DNA of 41,691 nt from a virus. This document shows, piece after piece, positions 13,368-22,631 of this stretch; the first letter of the stretch is position 1, and every line of letters begins with the position of its first letter. The translations under genes and the position numbers were made by a program. Under the pieces are notes generated by a model. It was not told the DNA's origin. It searched no databases and saw nothing but the letters and a program-made list of their open reading frames with translations. The DNA lies in IMG/VR virus record IMGVR_UViG_3300031983_000005, positions 1-41,691 of that record; one strand, written 5' to 3'.

Positions 13368-14651
13368 TTATGATGGGTTGACCGTTCGGACCGCTTCAAT
13401 CCGCGTTTTATTTTTCGTGTAATCCTTTTCGATCAACATCGGATTATAATTGACTGAATTGTGAGTGAAACTTTTGTCGATCCGATAATTGACACCAGCG
13501 ACGACGAAAGTGTCAACGCGTTTCCATATATCATAGGTGACCCCCGACTGCATGAAATACCAATAATAATCCCCTAAAAATTCGATATGCCAGTCTTGAT
13601 CTATGATGCCGATGTGTAGCGCTCTGAAAGATGATACCCAATAAGTATTCGGCGAAAAATATCCATGATGCATCCCACTGTAACCATCACCGACGTATGT
13701 CGCGACGTTATCCTTGACAAATTTCGCGCTGATTCCGGCGTTCTCCTCGTTGCCGACTTCGTAAGCCCCTCGGCCGTCGATCGCGGTGATCCGGATATAT
13801 TTTATTGCGTTAAGCCGGTATTCGTGAAATTCATTTAAAAGTGTTCCGAGCGTCATAGTATTTGAGGAATCATAAAGCCGGAATTCCTTAAAAAAAGCAA
13901 GGTCGTTTGAGATCACGCCAGCGATTTGCCCCCACTCGAAAGCCATTTTTCGTAAAACATTGGCGGCGGTTTTGATGCCAAGTTCATTCATATAACCCGA
14001 ACCTAAAAACCAATCGTTCGGCGCGACTTGATGTTCAATAAACGGAAACCAGCCAGGATCAAAAGCGTTATAACATTCAATATCGCTGAAAAAATTAATC
14101 ACAATCGACGAATTTATGAGGCCGAATATATCCTCGACGATTGTCTGGAGGCTGGGCCAGGCCGACGTTGGTGAACTGCTATAACCGAATGGATTAACGA
14201 TCGTATCGTCGTCTAAAAGCAAAACGGTTTCATTGATGATATCGACCTTTGGGATCGCTGTAAATCTTAAAATCTTCCGCGCTGCATCCCATTCGATCGT
14301 TTCGGATATAATATTGCCAAGAAATTCCTGAGTGGAGCCGTTTAATTGCATTTCAACGATGCCGTCTTTTTGTATATAGTCTGAACCTGGGGATGGGATT
14401 GAGCCAAATAATAAATTCCACAAAAACAGATCCCGATCGACGAATTCCATGCTGATCGCGCTCGGCACTATAAACGGATCATCCGGATCATATTCCCACG
14501 TCTGCTTGCCGTAATTATGAACGGTGAGCCCTTTGTCGGTTGCGTTATATGAACCGAATGGAACCGCGTGCATTTCGAGGGTTATTATAAGTTGAATCGT
14601 CGTCGTCGGGTTAATATCGTCGACTGGAAATGTAATTACGTGTAAACCCAT
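13368..14651 (-). CDS. Tail protein immediately after the tape measure gene (distal tail / baseplate candidate)
   Basis: Track ORF, 427 aa. Its start overlaps the tape measure stop. The function is inferred from position only. Confidence 0.6.
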   Translation of the reverse strand: MGLHVITFPVDDINPTTTIQLIITLEMHAVPFGSYNATDKGLTVHNYGKQTWEYDPDDPFIVPSAISMEFVDRDLFLWNLLFGSIPSPGSDYIQKDGIVEMQLNGSTQEFLGNIISETIEWDAARKILRFTAIPKVDIINETVLLLDDDTIVNPFGYSSSPTSAWPSLQTIVEDIFGLINSSIVINFFSDIECYNAFDPGWFPFIEHQVAPNDWFLGSGYMNELGIKTAANVLRKMAFEWGQIAGVISNDLAFFKEFRLYDSSNTMTLGTLLNEFHEYRLNAIKYIRITAIDGRGAYEVGNEENAGISAKFVKDNVATYVGDGYSGMHHGYFSPNTYWVSSFRALHIGIIDQDWHIEFLGDYYWYFMQSGVTYDIWKRVDTFVVAGVNYRIDKSFTHNSVNYNPMLIEKDYTKNKTRIEAVRTVNPS

Positions 14652-16834
14652 TATCTAAATCTTTCCAGAAAAGTATTTGATTTGTCATAAGCGAGTTTGA
14701 TATCTCGCCCTTTAATATCACCGGTCACTCTGATCGGGATCTCGTCCTGTGGTCCTCGACCTCGGCGACGTCCTCCCTGTGATGCTGCTATAATATTTTC
14801 ATTCAAAACTTGAACGGATTCATCTATATTCTGCAGGAGCGCATCCTGTGAAGATACTCGTCCGCGACTTGTCACGTCCACGCGCTCGCCAGTTTCGACG
14901 AATAGAGGGAACCGGTCATTTTGATATCCATAAGGAATGTCAAAAGATCCGCCGGTTGCTGCTTTTTTAACCTGGCCGGCGCCTGGTTGAAAAGTACCTC
15001 CATGCTGCCCTTTGCCGACTGAGCCGCCATGCTGAGCCAGGCCGATCAACGCGAGGATCTTGAGCGCTGCGAGCCTGGTTAATTCGGCGATCATAGCGTC
15101 GACCATCCCGATCACTATTGAAACGGCCAGATTTGCCTCTTTCCGGATGCCCTCAGTTAATTTGCCCCATACCTGACTTATTCCGGAACTGATAAAAGCG
15201 CCTGCAGCGGCGTTCCCTAAAGCGAGCCATTTTTCGCGGACCATCCCCTTTTCCCTTTGATCCCGTAACCTTTGAGCCTCAGCCAGTTCCGCGTCAAATG
15301 CCTCGGTGGATGCCATTGCTGCTTCCGCTGCTTCCTCCGGAGTGGGATAAATTTGCTCGGGTGTAGTGATTGCGAGCGGTTCAATTTTGGGCGCTGCGAT
15401 ATCTTTAGCCACTTCGCCAGGTTTGGCCAGATCCACGCTTGCCTTTGTTGTGATCCCGACGATCTGACTCGTCAACTGTGAAAATTCCGCGTTCAATTCT
15501 GCGAGCCTGGCGTTCCGTTCCGCCTGGACTGCAATGAGGTTCCGGTTTGCTGCATTAAATAAATCGACCGCCTCCTGAAATACTTTGGCCTCGGCACTGT
15601 ATTGGACGCCGACGATTTTCGCCCCTTCAAAAAGTGGACGTTCGCCGGCTTTCGCCAGTACGGTTAAACTGGCCGCGATTTCCTCGAACGTCTTTCCGGT
15701 GAACCGGTTAGCGATTCCGGCGTCACGCGTGGCCGTTGTCAATCCTTTTTGAGCCTCGCGCTGTTCGCGGACCGCTGCGGTATATTCTTCCTCGAGGGCG
15801 GCGATATCCTGACTCACCAACTGCAACCGGATGCGGTTTTCAAATTCCGTGTTTGCCTTTTGCATCGCCTTTTTTAAATCGTCGTTTGATACCGTTTCAG
15901 CGTTGAGATTTTTCAGGAAATTCGGGTATAAGGCTTGCATATCGCGGATCAATTTTACTCTACCCTCTTGCGCTCCGGTATATGAATAAATCGCGGTAGC
16001 CGCGTTATTCATTTCGATCGCTTCGTCTTCGACTGCTGTCCTGGTTTCGATCATAGCACTCAAAAACCCCCCGACCGATTTCGCGGCGGAAGTGAACGCC
16101 GGAATAAATGTCGATCCAATGCCGGCCGCAAAACGATCGACCGCGTCCATCATATTACTCATAGCGCCATCAAACGTCTGAGCGAGCAAGTTCGTCGAGC
16201 CGGCTATACCAGCGGCGGGATCAGAAATTGATTCAATCATCGCTTTTCTAAACTGTGGAAGCGTCAACTTTGTCAAGTCATCGATGCCTTTAAAATCCTT
16301 GATTAGTTGGAGGACGCCCCTTTCCCTCAAAACATCTGCAGCGCCAGCGCCGCCGGCGAATGCTCGACCCATCGCCTGGGCGGCCGTCACAATATCCACA
16401 CCCATAAAAGCCGCGAGATCCGCAACCGGTTTTATGGTTTCTGTTGCTGCCGTACCAAACGCTTTCAAAGTGGCGCCGGCCTCGACCACCTGTTTCACGC
16501 TGAACGGCGTGGTGGCCGCAATTTGGACGAATTCCTTGAATGCCTGGCCGCCTTTCCTCGCGTCGCCATATAAAGCGGTTAATCGGACGCGGAGCGTTTG
16601 AAAATCTGCAGCGGTCCGGATTGCCGCCTTGCCCCACGAAAGCAAGATCCGGCCTAATCCGAGCCCCAGAAATAAGCCGCCGATCTTCTTGAACGCGCCG
16701 GAAAATTTCGTTTCCATCGTTTTCGCGGTGTTCGCGCTCGTTTGCTCGGCTTTCTTGAGCCCCTGTTTTAACTCTGCGAGATCCGCTTTAATCCTGACAA
16801 ATAATTCGCCTAAACTTTCGGATGCTGTCGGCAT
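14651..16834 (-). CDS. Tail tape measure protein
   Basis: Track ORF, 727 aa. The Ala/Gly-rich helical N-terminal core (LTALYGDARKGGQAFKEFVQIAATTPFSVKQVVEAGATLKAFG) is typical of TP901-type tape measures. It follows the G/GT chaperones. Confidence 0.85.
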   Translation of the reverse strand: MPTASESLGELFVRIKADLAELKQGLKKAEQTSANTAKTMETKFSGAFKKIGGLFLGLGLGRILLSWGKAAIRTAADFQTLRVRLTALYGDARKGGQAFKEFVQIAATTPFSVKQVVEAGATLKAFGTAATETIKPVADLAAFMGVDIVTAAQAMGRAFAGGAGAADVLRERGVLQLIKDFKGIDDLTKLTLPQFRKAMIESISDPAAGIAGSTNLLAQTFDGAMSNMMDAVDRFAAGIGSTFIPAFTSAAKSVGGFLSAMIETRTAVEDEAIEMNNAATAIYSYTGAQEGRVKLIRDMQALYPNFLKNLNAETVSNDDLKKAMQKANTEFENRIRLQLVSQDIAALEEEYTAAVREQREAQKGLTTATRDAGIANRFTGKTFEEIAASLTVLAKAGERPLFEGAKIVGVQYSAEAKVFQEAVDLFNAANRNLIAVQAERNARLAELNAEFSQLTSQIVGITTKASVDLAKPGEVAKDIAAPKIEPLAITTPEQIYPTPEEAAEAAMASTEAFDAELAEAQRLRDQREKGMVREKWLALGNAAAGAFISSGISQVWGKLTEGIRKEANLAVSIVIGMVDAMIAELTRLAALKILALIGLAQHGGSVGKGQHGGTFQPGAGQVKKAATGGSFDIPYGYQNDRFPLFVETGERVDVTSRGRVSSQDALLQNIDESVQVLNENIIAASQGGRRRGRGPQDEIPIRVTGDIKGRDIKLAYDKSNTFLERFR

Positions 16835-17089
16835 TTATAGGATTCCTTTTTTCTTTAATTCCCGATATTGCGCTTTTAAAAGATCCATTTTATCGGACTC
16901 GGTTTGCATCTGCAAATGACCGGTTCCCCAAAAACCGCCGATATTGACGGCCTGGTTAATGAGGGTGTTAAATTCGGTGATCGGCAAATCAAAAACCTTT
17001 TCCCTTTCAATGTGAAACGTCGCGCTGACCAAAGAGGTCGCTATTTCGACGCTGATTCCTTCTTCACCATCACTTCCGGAATCTTTTTT
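16835..17089 (-). CDS. -1 frame extension of the tail assembly chaperone (T part of a G-T fusion)
   Basis: The -1 frame is open from the A9 run to TAA 16837..16835 (KKDSGSDGEEGISVEIATSLVSATFHIEREKVF...KKKGIL). Track ORF 16835..17032 is its 3' part. Confidence 0.7.
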   Translation of the reverse strand, partial: KKDSGSDGEEGISVEIATSLVSATFHIEREKVFDLPITEFNTLINQAVNIGGFWGTGHLQMQTESDKMDLLKAQYRELKKKGIL

Positions 17090-17451
17090 TTTATATCAAT
17101 TTCGAGATCTTCAAGTTTTAAGCCCTCGCATTTGACCAGAAAATCGACGGCCATTTCGCCCATTTCGCGCGGCGTCATAACCTCGATAATATTCTCGACC
17201 GTTGTGAGGCTTAAAATTTTCTGTTTCTGGAAATACTTCCAACGCGGCAAAGTTTCGACGTATGCCTTTGATGCGTCTGACAAAATAAGCGCGTTTGTAT
17301 ATACCGCGCGTACATAATCGGGTTGATCCCCTTGATGTTCGTCGTCGCCTTGCTCGTTTGCGAATTCTGTGAATGCGAAAACTTGCCTGGCGGATCTTTC
17401 CATTAAAATAATCAGACGACCATCGAGTTCGACCTCCATTTGATTTCTCAT
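17041..17451 (-). CDS. Tail assembly chaperone (gpG-like)
   Basis: Track ORF, 136 aa, between the tube genes and the tape measure. It contains the slippery site near its 3' end. Confidence 0.75.
   Translation of the reverse strand: MRNQMEVELDGRLIILMERSARQVFAFTEFANEQGDDEHQGDQPDYVRAVYTNALILSDASKAYVETLPRWKYFQKQKILSLTTVENIIEVMTPREMGEMAVDFLVKCEGLKLEDLEIDIKKKIPEVMVKKESASK
17083..17092 (-). promoter_or_regulatory. Programmed -1 ribosomal frameshift slippery site (A AAA AAG within an A9 run)
   Basis: Minus strand reads ATA AAA AAA AAG in the G frame, 13 codons before the G stop. The frame arithmetic fits a -1 shift into the T frame. Confidence 0.7.
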
Positions 17452-17465
17452 TTTAGCCCTTTATT

Positions 17466-17852
17466 TTATGGTACGGATGGAACAACCTTTCCGGTGAATA
17501 TAACGCCCATCGTCACCTTGACCGCGCCGTCAAAATTGGCGTCAATCGTGAACGCTTGAATAATACAAAGGCCGGAATAACGTAAAGCCTCCACGTCGAG
17601 TTGGATTCCGTGTTGATCGCCCCGCGCCGGATATGACGTCAATTCGTTCACTTCCATAAAACCCTCGATCGTGGCTCTTATAATTGCGTTATCCGTCGGT
17701 TCCCATGACGTAAAAGGGGGCACATAGCCGGTTCCAGTATCAAAAATATCGACCTGTTGCGCTTTGTGTTGCTCGTTAATCTTGACAGTCGTCGGATAAA
17801 TAGTATATCCGTCGATTATCGCCGTACCTGTTAAAAATACTGACTTCGCCAT
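17466..17852 (-). CDS. Tail tube protein paralog 1 (128 aa)
   Basis: Track ORF. Shares the M[AG]K..[FL]..G...Y...V....D.[ST]...G.F.G pattern with the three upstream genes. Size and position fit a major tail protein. Confidence 0.65.
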   Translation of the reverse strand: MAKSVFLTGTAIIDGYTIYPTTVKINEQHKAQQVDIFDTGTGYVPPFTSWEPTDNAIIRATIEGFMEVNELTSYPARGDQHGIQLDVEALRYSGLCIIQAFTIDANFDGAVKVTMGVIFTGKVVPSVP

Positions 17853-17917
17853 TATTCACCTTGTTTAAATTTGTGTAACCTCTCCGGATCCTCGGAGAAA
17901 TTTGTTTAAAAAAGTGA

Positions 17918-18286
17918 TTATGTTTCTGGCGTTTCGGTGACCGTTCCGGTGAAACGACCTGAAACAGTCAACTGCACTCCATTATCGATCGCGGCGCGCT
18001 GAGTAATTTCGAGCAAAATCGCGTCGCCGGCGTAGGAAAATCCCTCAAAATCGATAGTGGCGGCAATCGCTGAGCCGAGGGTTGGATCTGCTTCGGTGGC
18101 GTCTTTCCACATTTCGATGGAAAGGGTACGTTCCTGACGGCCGCCTAAATATTCGCGCTCGTTTCCGGCTGTTTTCGTGTCTGTCAAATCGACTTCGTCC
18201 GCCGATTTCGTAGTTTCCATATTCGTCACCCCATATACTACTGAATCATAGGTGAACGTTCCTGTTTTTAATACTTTTTTACCCAT
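17918..18286 (-). CDS. Tail tube protein paralog 2 (122 aa)
   Basis: Track ORF. MGKKVLKTGTFTYDSVVYGVTNMETTKSADEVDLTDT...VSGRFTGT resembles major tail proteins. Confidence 0.65.
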   Translation of the reverse strand: MGKKVLKTGTFTYDSVVYGVTNMETTKSADEVDLTDTKTAGNEREYLGGRQERTLSIEMWKDATEADPTLGSAIAATIDFEGFSYAGDAILLEITQRAAIDNGVQLTVSGRFTGTVTETPET

Positions 18287-18311
18287 TAGTTGAATCCTCC
18301 GTTAATTATAG

Positions 18312-19124
18312 TTAGATAAAATTTATAACTTTGCCTATTAAAACAAAATAATATCGGACTGCTGCCGGAAATGAAAGATCGCCCCATACAAGCAATTTAA
18401 GCCGATCCCATCCGGCTGTCGCGACGCGATCGGAATCATATTCGTATAACCCGACCGCATTGGACAGGGATATGAAAGCGGTGGGGCTCAAATATAAACT
18501 GTGAAACGAGGTCGTATTCTGGACGAAATATCGGATATAAAATCGGTATTGAGAGCCGCTTTTAAAATTCACGTCATTATATATCGCCGCGATCGGGCCG
18601 CCCTGTTTATTTGTGATAACTAATTGACGATGGTACAAATTTGACAGGATTGAAATTGATCCATCCGCCGGACTTCCTGAAAAAACCATTCCGTTTGGAA
18701 CGCCGTCATTATTGTCGTCCATCCATTGAAAGGAATCCACCCATCCGGTGGGTTGGCCGGCGTCTTTGAAAATCAGTTCCAGGTGACGAGATCCGGCTGT
18801 GAATTCGCCGGTTACATTGTAAATGACCGCGTTATCAATCTTTCCGACCAGGCTACTTTGAATAATCACCCCGGGACCGTACCAGGCTTGACCGCCGAAA
18901 ATAAGCCGAATGGCTGTGACGATTCCAGGCGGAATATTGATCGCTTCGTTTTTAAATATTGTCGCGGAAAATTGCCAGGTGCTTTTGCCGGTCATTATTT
19001 CATTATTGTTTTCAGGGTTCGACGTGTCGGCTTTGCTTTGCTGATCGAGCATATTGACGTCAGTCAAATAAAATCGCTTATCATTGAGATCTAAATATCC
19101 AAGATTTAATAATATTTTTCCCAT
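18312..19124 (-). CDS. Tail tube-like N-terminal domain with about 150-aa C-terminal extension (270 aa)
   Basis: Track ORF. The N-terminus MGKILLNLGYLDLNDKRFYLTDVNM...VTGEFTAG is paralogous to the tube genes. Confidence 0.6.
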   Translation of the reverse strand: MGKILLNLGYLDLNDKRFYLTDVNMLDQQSKADTSNPENNNEIMTGKSTWQFSATIFKNEAINIPPGIVTAIRLIFGGQAWYGPGVIIQSSLVGKIDNAVIYNVTGEFTAGSRHLELIFKDAGQPTGWVDSFQWMDDNNDGVPNGMVFSGSPADGSISILSNLYHRQLVITNKQGGPIAAIYNDVNFKSGSQYRFYIRYFVQNTTSFHSLYLSPTAFISLSNAVGLYEYDSDRVATAGWDRLKLLVWGDLSFPAAVRYYFVLIGKVINFI

Positions 19125-20626
19125 TAAAGCAAAATCTCCTTACAGATCACATTGTCAATCTGGCCGACCGGTGTCGGAAAGCCGAGCCGGTGATTAATCC
19201 GTAAAAATAATTGATGCGCCCAACTGTGAGGGATTTCCCCGATATATTGTTTCGAGCCGGTTCCGGTCAACCATCCGCCGGCCAGCGTTTGAGATTGTGC
19301 AAGATTTTCGCTCCAGATCTCGATTGTCCAGTTTACATTTGCTCCGTTCCAATGATCAAAGTCGAGTTGAAAGCGCATTCCTTGATATAAACCCTCGGCG
19401 GTTCCTATGAATTCGAGATAAAAATCAAAATTGGGGGTTCCGTTATGCTCTGCCCTGAAATTTAACGAATCCCATCGAAGCGCGATGCCGCCCCAGTCAC
19501 CGGTTCCGATGCTAAAATGCCGATTGTCGCCGGTTGTGCGGATTAAATCGCGATCTTCCGGCGGATCTACGGTTCTGATGATAGTGGAGGCAATTTGATT
19601 TGATATAACGATCGGTTCCTCGATTGCTGCCGGATCTAAGACGCTGGCGAGTGCTTCCGCGATTAAATTCGATAAAAGGACCGGATTTTCGACGTTTGGA
19701 TCTAAAATTGACGCGATTGCGGTGGCCACCAGGTTTGATAAAACGACCGGCTGGCCGATGCCTGGATCAACTGTTCTGACGATCACGTCGGCCAGTAAGT
19801 CGCTGAGTAATACCGGCGTGAGCGCTGTCGTATCGGCTGAAACGAGCGCTGAGGCAATCATATTGGAAATGTCCACGTTATTTATAATGGCCGGATCTAC
19901 GACGCCGGCGATAATATCGGCAATCATATTTCCGATAAAAACGGGCGTGAGGGCGGTCGTATCGGCGCGAGCGATCGCGCTGGCGATGATGTTCGTAAGA
20001 ATGACAGGGTTTAAAACGGTCGGGTCAAGGCTGGACGCTATCGCTGAGGCGAACGCTCCCGATATGCGAATAGTAAGGTCGATCCGTCCGATCGCGGCGT
20101 CAGCGATTGCTGAGGCGTTTAATCCGGCGATCAAAACGTTGTTTATGATGTTAGGTTCAACGGTTCTGGCGATCGCGCTGGCAAGATCCGGCGTCAATGT
20201 TACGTGTGAAATTGCTGTGACGTCTGACCGACCGACCGCTGCAGCGCTTAAATTGCTTAATATAACGTCCGTTATAGTGACTTGAGCCACTCCAACGAAC
20301 TGACCCTTGATTCCATAGGCGATTTTATCGTCTATTTGGCCGGAAAAGTTGATTTCCTTTAAATGAACCTGGCCTTCATACAAAATATTCGCATATTCGA
20401 GCGCCATAAGCGTCGGGGCCGGCTGTGGAGTTATTGGTGGCTTGTCGGCGTCGCTGAATATAGTGGCTGTAAAATTAATCACGTTTTTTCCGACCAGTTT
20501 TTCGTTATTATTTCCGGAATTACTCACATCGACCGCGTTGACAAATTCGTCGGTCTGAACATTGACCATTCCATAAACGCCGCCGTCGCGCGAAAGATAT
20601 CCGGTGTTAAATAAATTTTTAGCCAT
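19124..20626 (-). CDS. Tail tube-like N-terminal domain plus 21-23 aa repeat region plus C-terminal globular domain (500 aa)
   Basis: Track ORF. The N-terminus MAKNLFNTGYLSRDGGVYGMVNVQT...IKGQFVGV is paralogous to the tube genes. About 11 repeats follow, of the same type as in the fibre. Confidence 0.6.
   Translation of the reverse strand: MAKNLFNTGYLSRDGGVYGMVNVQTDEFVNAVDVSNSGNNNEKLVGKNVINFTATIFSDADKPPITPQPAPTLMALEYANILYEGQVHLKEINFSGQIDDKIAYGIKGQFVGVAQVTITDVILSNLSAAAVGRSDVTAISHVTLTPDLASAIARTVEPNIINNVLIAGLNASAIADAAIGRIDLTIRISGAFASAIASSLDPTVLNPVILTNIIASAIARADTTALTPVFIGNMIADIIAGVVDPAIINNVDISNMIASALVSADTTALTPVLLSDLLADVIVRTVDPGIGQPVVLSNLVATAIASILDPNVENPVLLSNLIAEALASVLDPAAIEEPIVISNQIASTIIRTVDPPEDRDLIRTTGDNRHFSIGTGDWGGIALRWDSLNFRAEHNGTPNFDFYLEFIGTAEGLYQGMRFQLDFDHWNGANVNWTIEIWSENLAQSQTLAGGWLTGTGSKQYIGEIPHSWAHQLFLRINHRLGFPTPVGQIDNVICKEILL
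19594..20275 (-). repeat. About 11 tandem coding repeats (21-23 aa) related to those of the fibre gene
   Basis: Units such as DPTVLNPVILTNIIASAIARA, DPAIINNVDISNMIASALVSA and DPNVENPVLLSNLIAEALASVL. Confidence 0.75.
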
Positions 20627-20631
20627 AAAAT

Positions 20632-22281
20632 TTAAAACCTTTTCAGCCTGACGCCGCCGTCGACTTGATTTTTCCGAACGTCATCGATCCAGAATTCGAT
20701 CGGTCCATTGTGATCAACCAGAAGATATAAACCGGTCCGCGCTGTTTGCTGTGTCGGAACTTTTGTTTCGAGATTTGACCAACTGACGCGATTCCATTGA
20801 CCGACGACCAGATTCATGTCGCCGCTTTGATAACTGGCGACGTCATTGTCGTCGTGCCACAATCTACAGCGGACAGTTGAGCCGACTTTTCTGTTGACAT
20901 TCGATTCAATAAAAACGTGCCAGAAAATTCTATAATGGTGGCCGCGCTGCCAGGGAGTCGGCGCCTGTGTGCTGGCGTGGCTGTTTAATATGCCTTGAAA
21001 GCGTTCGACAGCCGAAGTGATTCCGTGGAGCGCTCCCCATCCGCTGATCGGGGGATATATTGTATAGATGGACTCTAAAGTCGGGAGGTTTGCTCCAAAT
21101 GGATAATTATCCTGTCCCGACCAATAAGTTATGCCGCTTTCAAAATCACCGTTTGCCAAATATTGGATATTGTCGGCTTGCAGGAATTCGCCGTTGTAAA
21201 ATTCGGCCGAGATCCGAGCGCCGTTCTGGCATTCGATGAGATTGGAAATTTCTCCCACTTTTCGGCGGATCGTTTTGGCTTCGTCCGCGAAACATTGAGC
21301 AAAGTCGGGAGTCCAGGCGCCGCTTAAATTCTTTATCCGGACCCTGGCGCGCTGCGACGGATCAAGGGGATTATTCGGATTGCCATTTGTATTCCTGAAA
21401 GTGGCCATTCGATTTTGATTTGCGTTGTCCTGCGTCGCCATAAAAAGCCAGTTAAAATCCGGATTCCACCAATCAGACATTTGAGCCCCCGGGCCGATTG
21501 TATCGGTCCACGAATCATTATTCCATGTGAACACGACCGTCTGAGCGGTCAAATCCATTCTGATATTGATATGTGACCAATTATCAAAAATGGTTTGATC
21601 AAGGAATTGTTCATTGATATAAGAGTTGTTTGTGAGGAAAGTAAATTCAGCGCTTTCGCTTAAAACAAGTTCCATATATTCAACGTCGCCATATCCGCAC
21701 ATGATCACCAAATAAGAGCCGTCCACGATTTTATAATTTGTGATCCAGTTCGGTTTTGCCGGTACTTTCCTCCAGTGTGGAATCCAAATATCAAAATCGA
21801 GTTCCCAGATTGTGCCTGGCCAGACGGTCGACGGTGGAAACAAACTCGCCTGGCGAAGTTCTTGAATTTCAAAGCCGTTCGGCGGTTCGCTGTTTAATTC
21901 TAATTTATACCGGCTTAATAAATGCCAGTAATCTTTGTCATCGCGGAGTTGATCCCTATGCTGCCGGTATAGGCCGGCGATCTTATTATTTCCGTCAATA
22001 AGGTTTTCGAGCGCGTCGGTTTTCTTATCCCATAAACCATTGATCACCGCCTCAAAAGTTTCGCACTCCTGTAAATTTTTTCCGAAAATTGAGAATTGGA
22101 GAAACTGTTCATCGTGGTTCTGTAGCGTGTCACGGAACTGCGGATTTGTGACGATGGATATCACGATCACCGGATCGGCTGCGGTATCCTGCGGCGCCAA
22201 ATTCCAGAAAACATTTGAAGCGTTCAAGCCGGCACCGGTCAGCGTGTAATTATAAATTGCATCTCTGACTTGAGATTCCAT
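20632..22281 (-). CDS. Tail terminator-like (DUF3168-type) N-terminal domain fused to about 410 aa containing a CBM4/9-like sugar-binding-type module
   Basis: Track ORF, 549 aa. Positioned right after the gp10-like gene. The first ~130 aa have the tail-completion pattern. Later, ANGDFESGITYWSG is the typical start of a CBM_4_9-type jelly roll. Confidence 0.5.
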   Translation of the reverse strand: MESQVRDAIYNYTLTGAGLNASNVFWNLAPQDTAADPVIVISIVTNPQFRDTLQNHDEQFLQFSIFGKNLQECETFEAVINGLWDKKTDALENLIDGNNKIAGLYRQHRDQLRDDKDYWHLLSRYKLELNSEPPNGFEIQELRQASLFPPSTVWPGTIWELDFDIWIPHWRKVPAKPNWITNYKIVDGSYLVIMCGYGDVEYMELVLSESAEFTFLTNNSYINEQFLDQTIFDNWSHINIRMDLTAQTVVFTWNNDSWTDTIGPGAQMSDWWNPDFNWLFMATQDNANQNRMATFRNTNGNPNNPLDPSQRARVRIKNLSGAWTPDFAQCFADEAKTIRRKVGEISNLIECQNGARISAEFYNGEFLQADNIQYLANGDFESGITYWSGQDNYPFGANLPTLESIYTIYPPISGWGALHGITSAVERFQGILNSHASTQAPTPWQRGHHYRIFWHVFIESNVNRKVGSTVRCRLWHDDNDVASYQSGDMNLVVGQWNRVSWSNLETKVPTQQTARTGLYLLVDHNGPIEFWIDDVRKNQVDGGVRLKRF

Positions 22282-22282
22282 T

Positions 22283-22594
22283 TTATCGCTTTCTGCTCAA
22301 AATGTGTTTTATCTCGCGCCGGTTATCAATTAAGGCCGGCAATAAATACGGCCGCGCTGCCATGAACCTGGTGCCGAGTTCGATAAATGCCGCGTAGTTG
22401 ACGGTGGTTCCGATTTGTTCAGTAAATGGCGCGACTTTCCGGTGTGAAATACTCGCTCTTAAATTTCCGGTGTCAACTGCGACCAGTAATTTAGCGGCTG
22501 TTTCAACAAATTCGCCGGCTATGGATAATCGTCTTTTGAGATCTCTTTCAATCTGCTTTTGAACCCGATCCCTGTTTGATTTATATCGCGCCAT
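22283..22594 (-). CDS. HK97 gp10-family head-tail joining / tail component protein
   Basis: Track ORF, 103 aa. Carries DTGNLRASI and NYAAFIELGT...ARPYLLPA motifs. Confidence 0.8.
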   Translation of the reverse strand: MARYKSNRDRVQKQIERDLKRRLSIAGEFVETAAKLLVAVDTGNLRASISHRKVAPFTEQIGTTVNYAAFIELGTRFMAARPYLLPALIDNRREIKHILSRKR

Positions 22595-22613
22595 TACCTG
22601 TTCCTCTTTGAAC

Positions 22614-22631
22614 GTGATAGAGGGAGCCTTT
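22614..22631 (-). promoter_or_regulatory. Conserved 18-mer AAAGGCTCCCTCTATCAC, copy b
   Basis: Perfect copy that overlaps the TAA of 22630..22989 and lies 20 nt upstream of ATG 22594. Confidence 0.7.

Noticed and set aside
16284-16637. ORFs 16284..16601 (+), 16307..16573 (+) and 16290..16637 (-) inside the tape measure gene
   Set aside because: These are alternative frames of a GC-rich, Ala/Gly-rich gene with a clear tape-measure identity. They have Arg/Gly/Pro-rich composition typical of off-frame artefacts.
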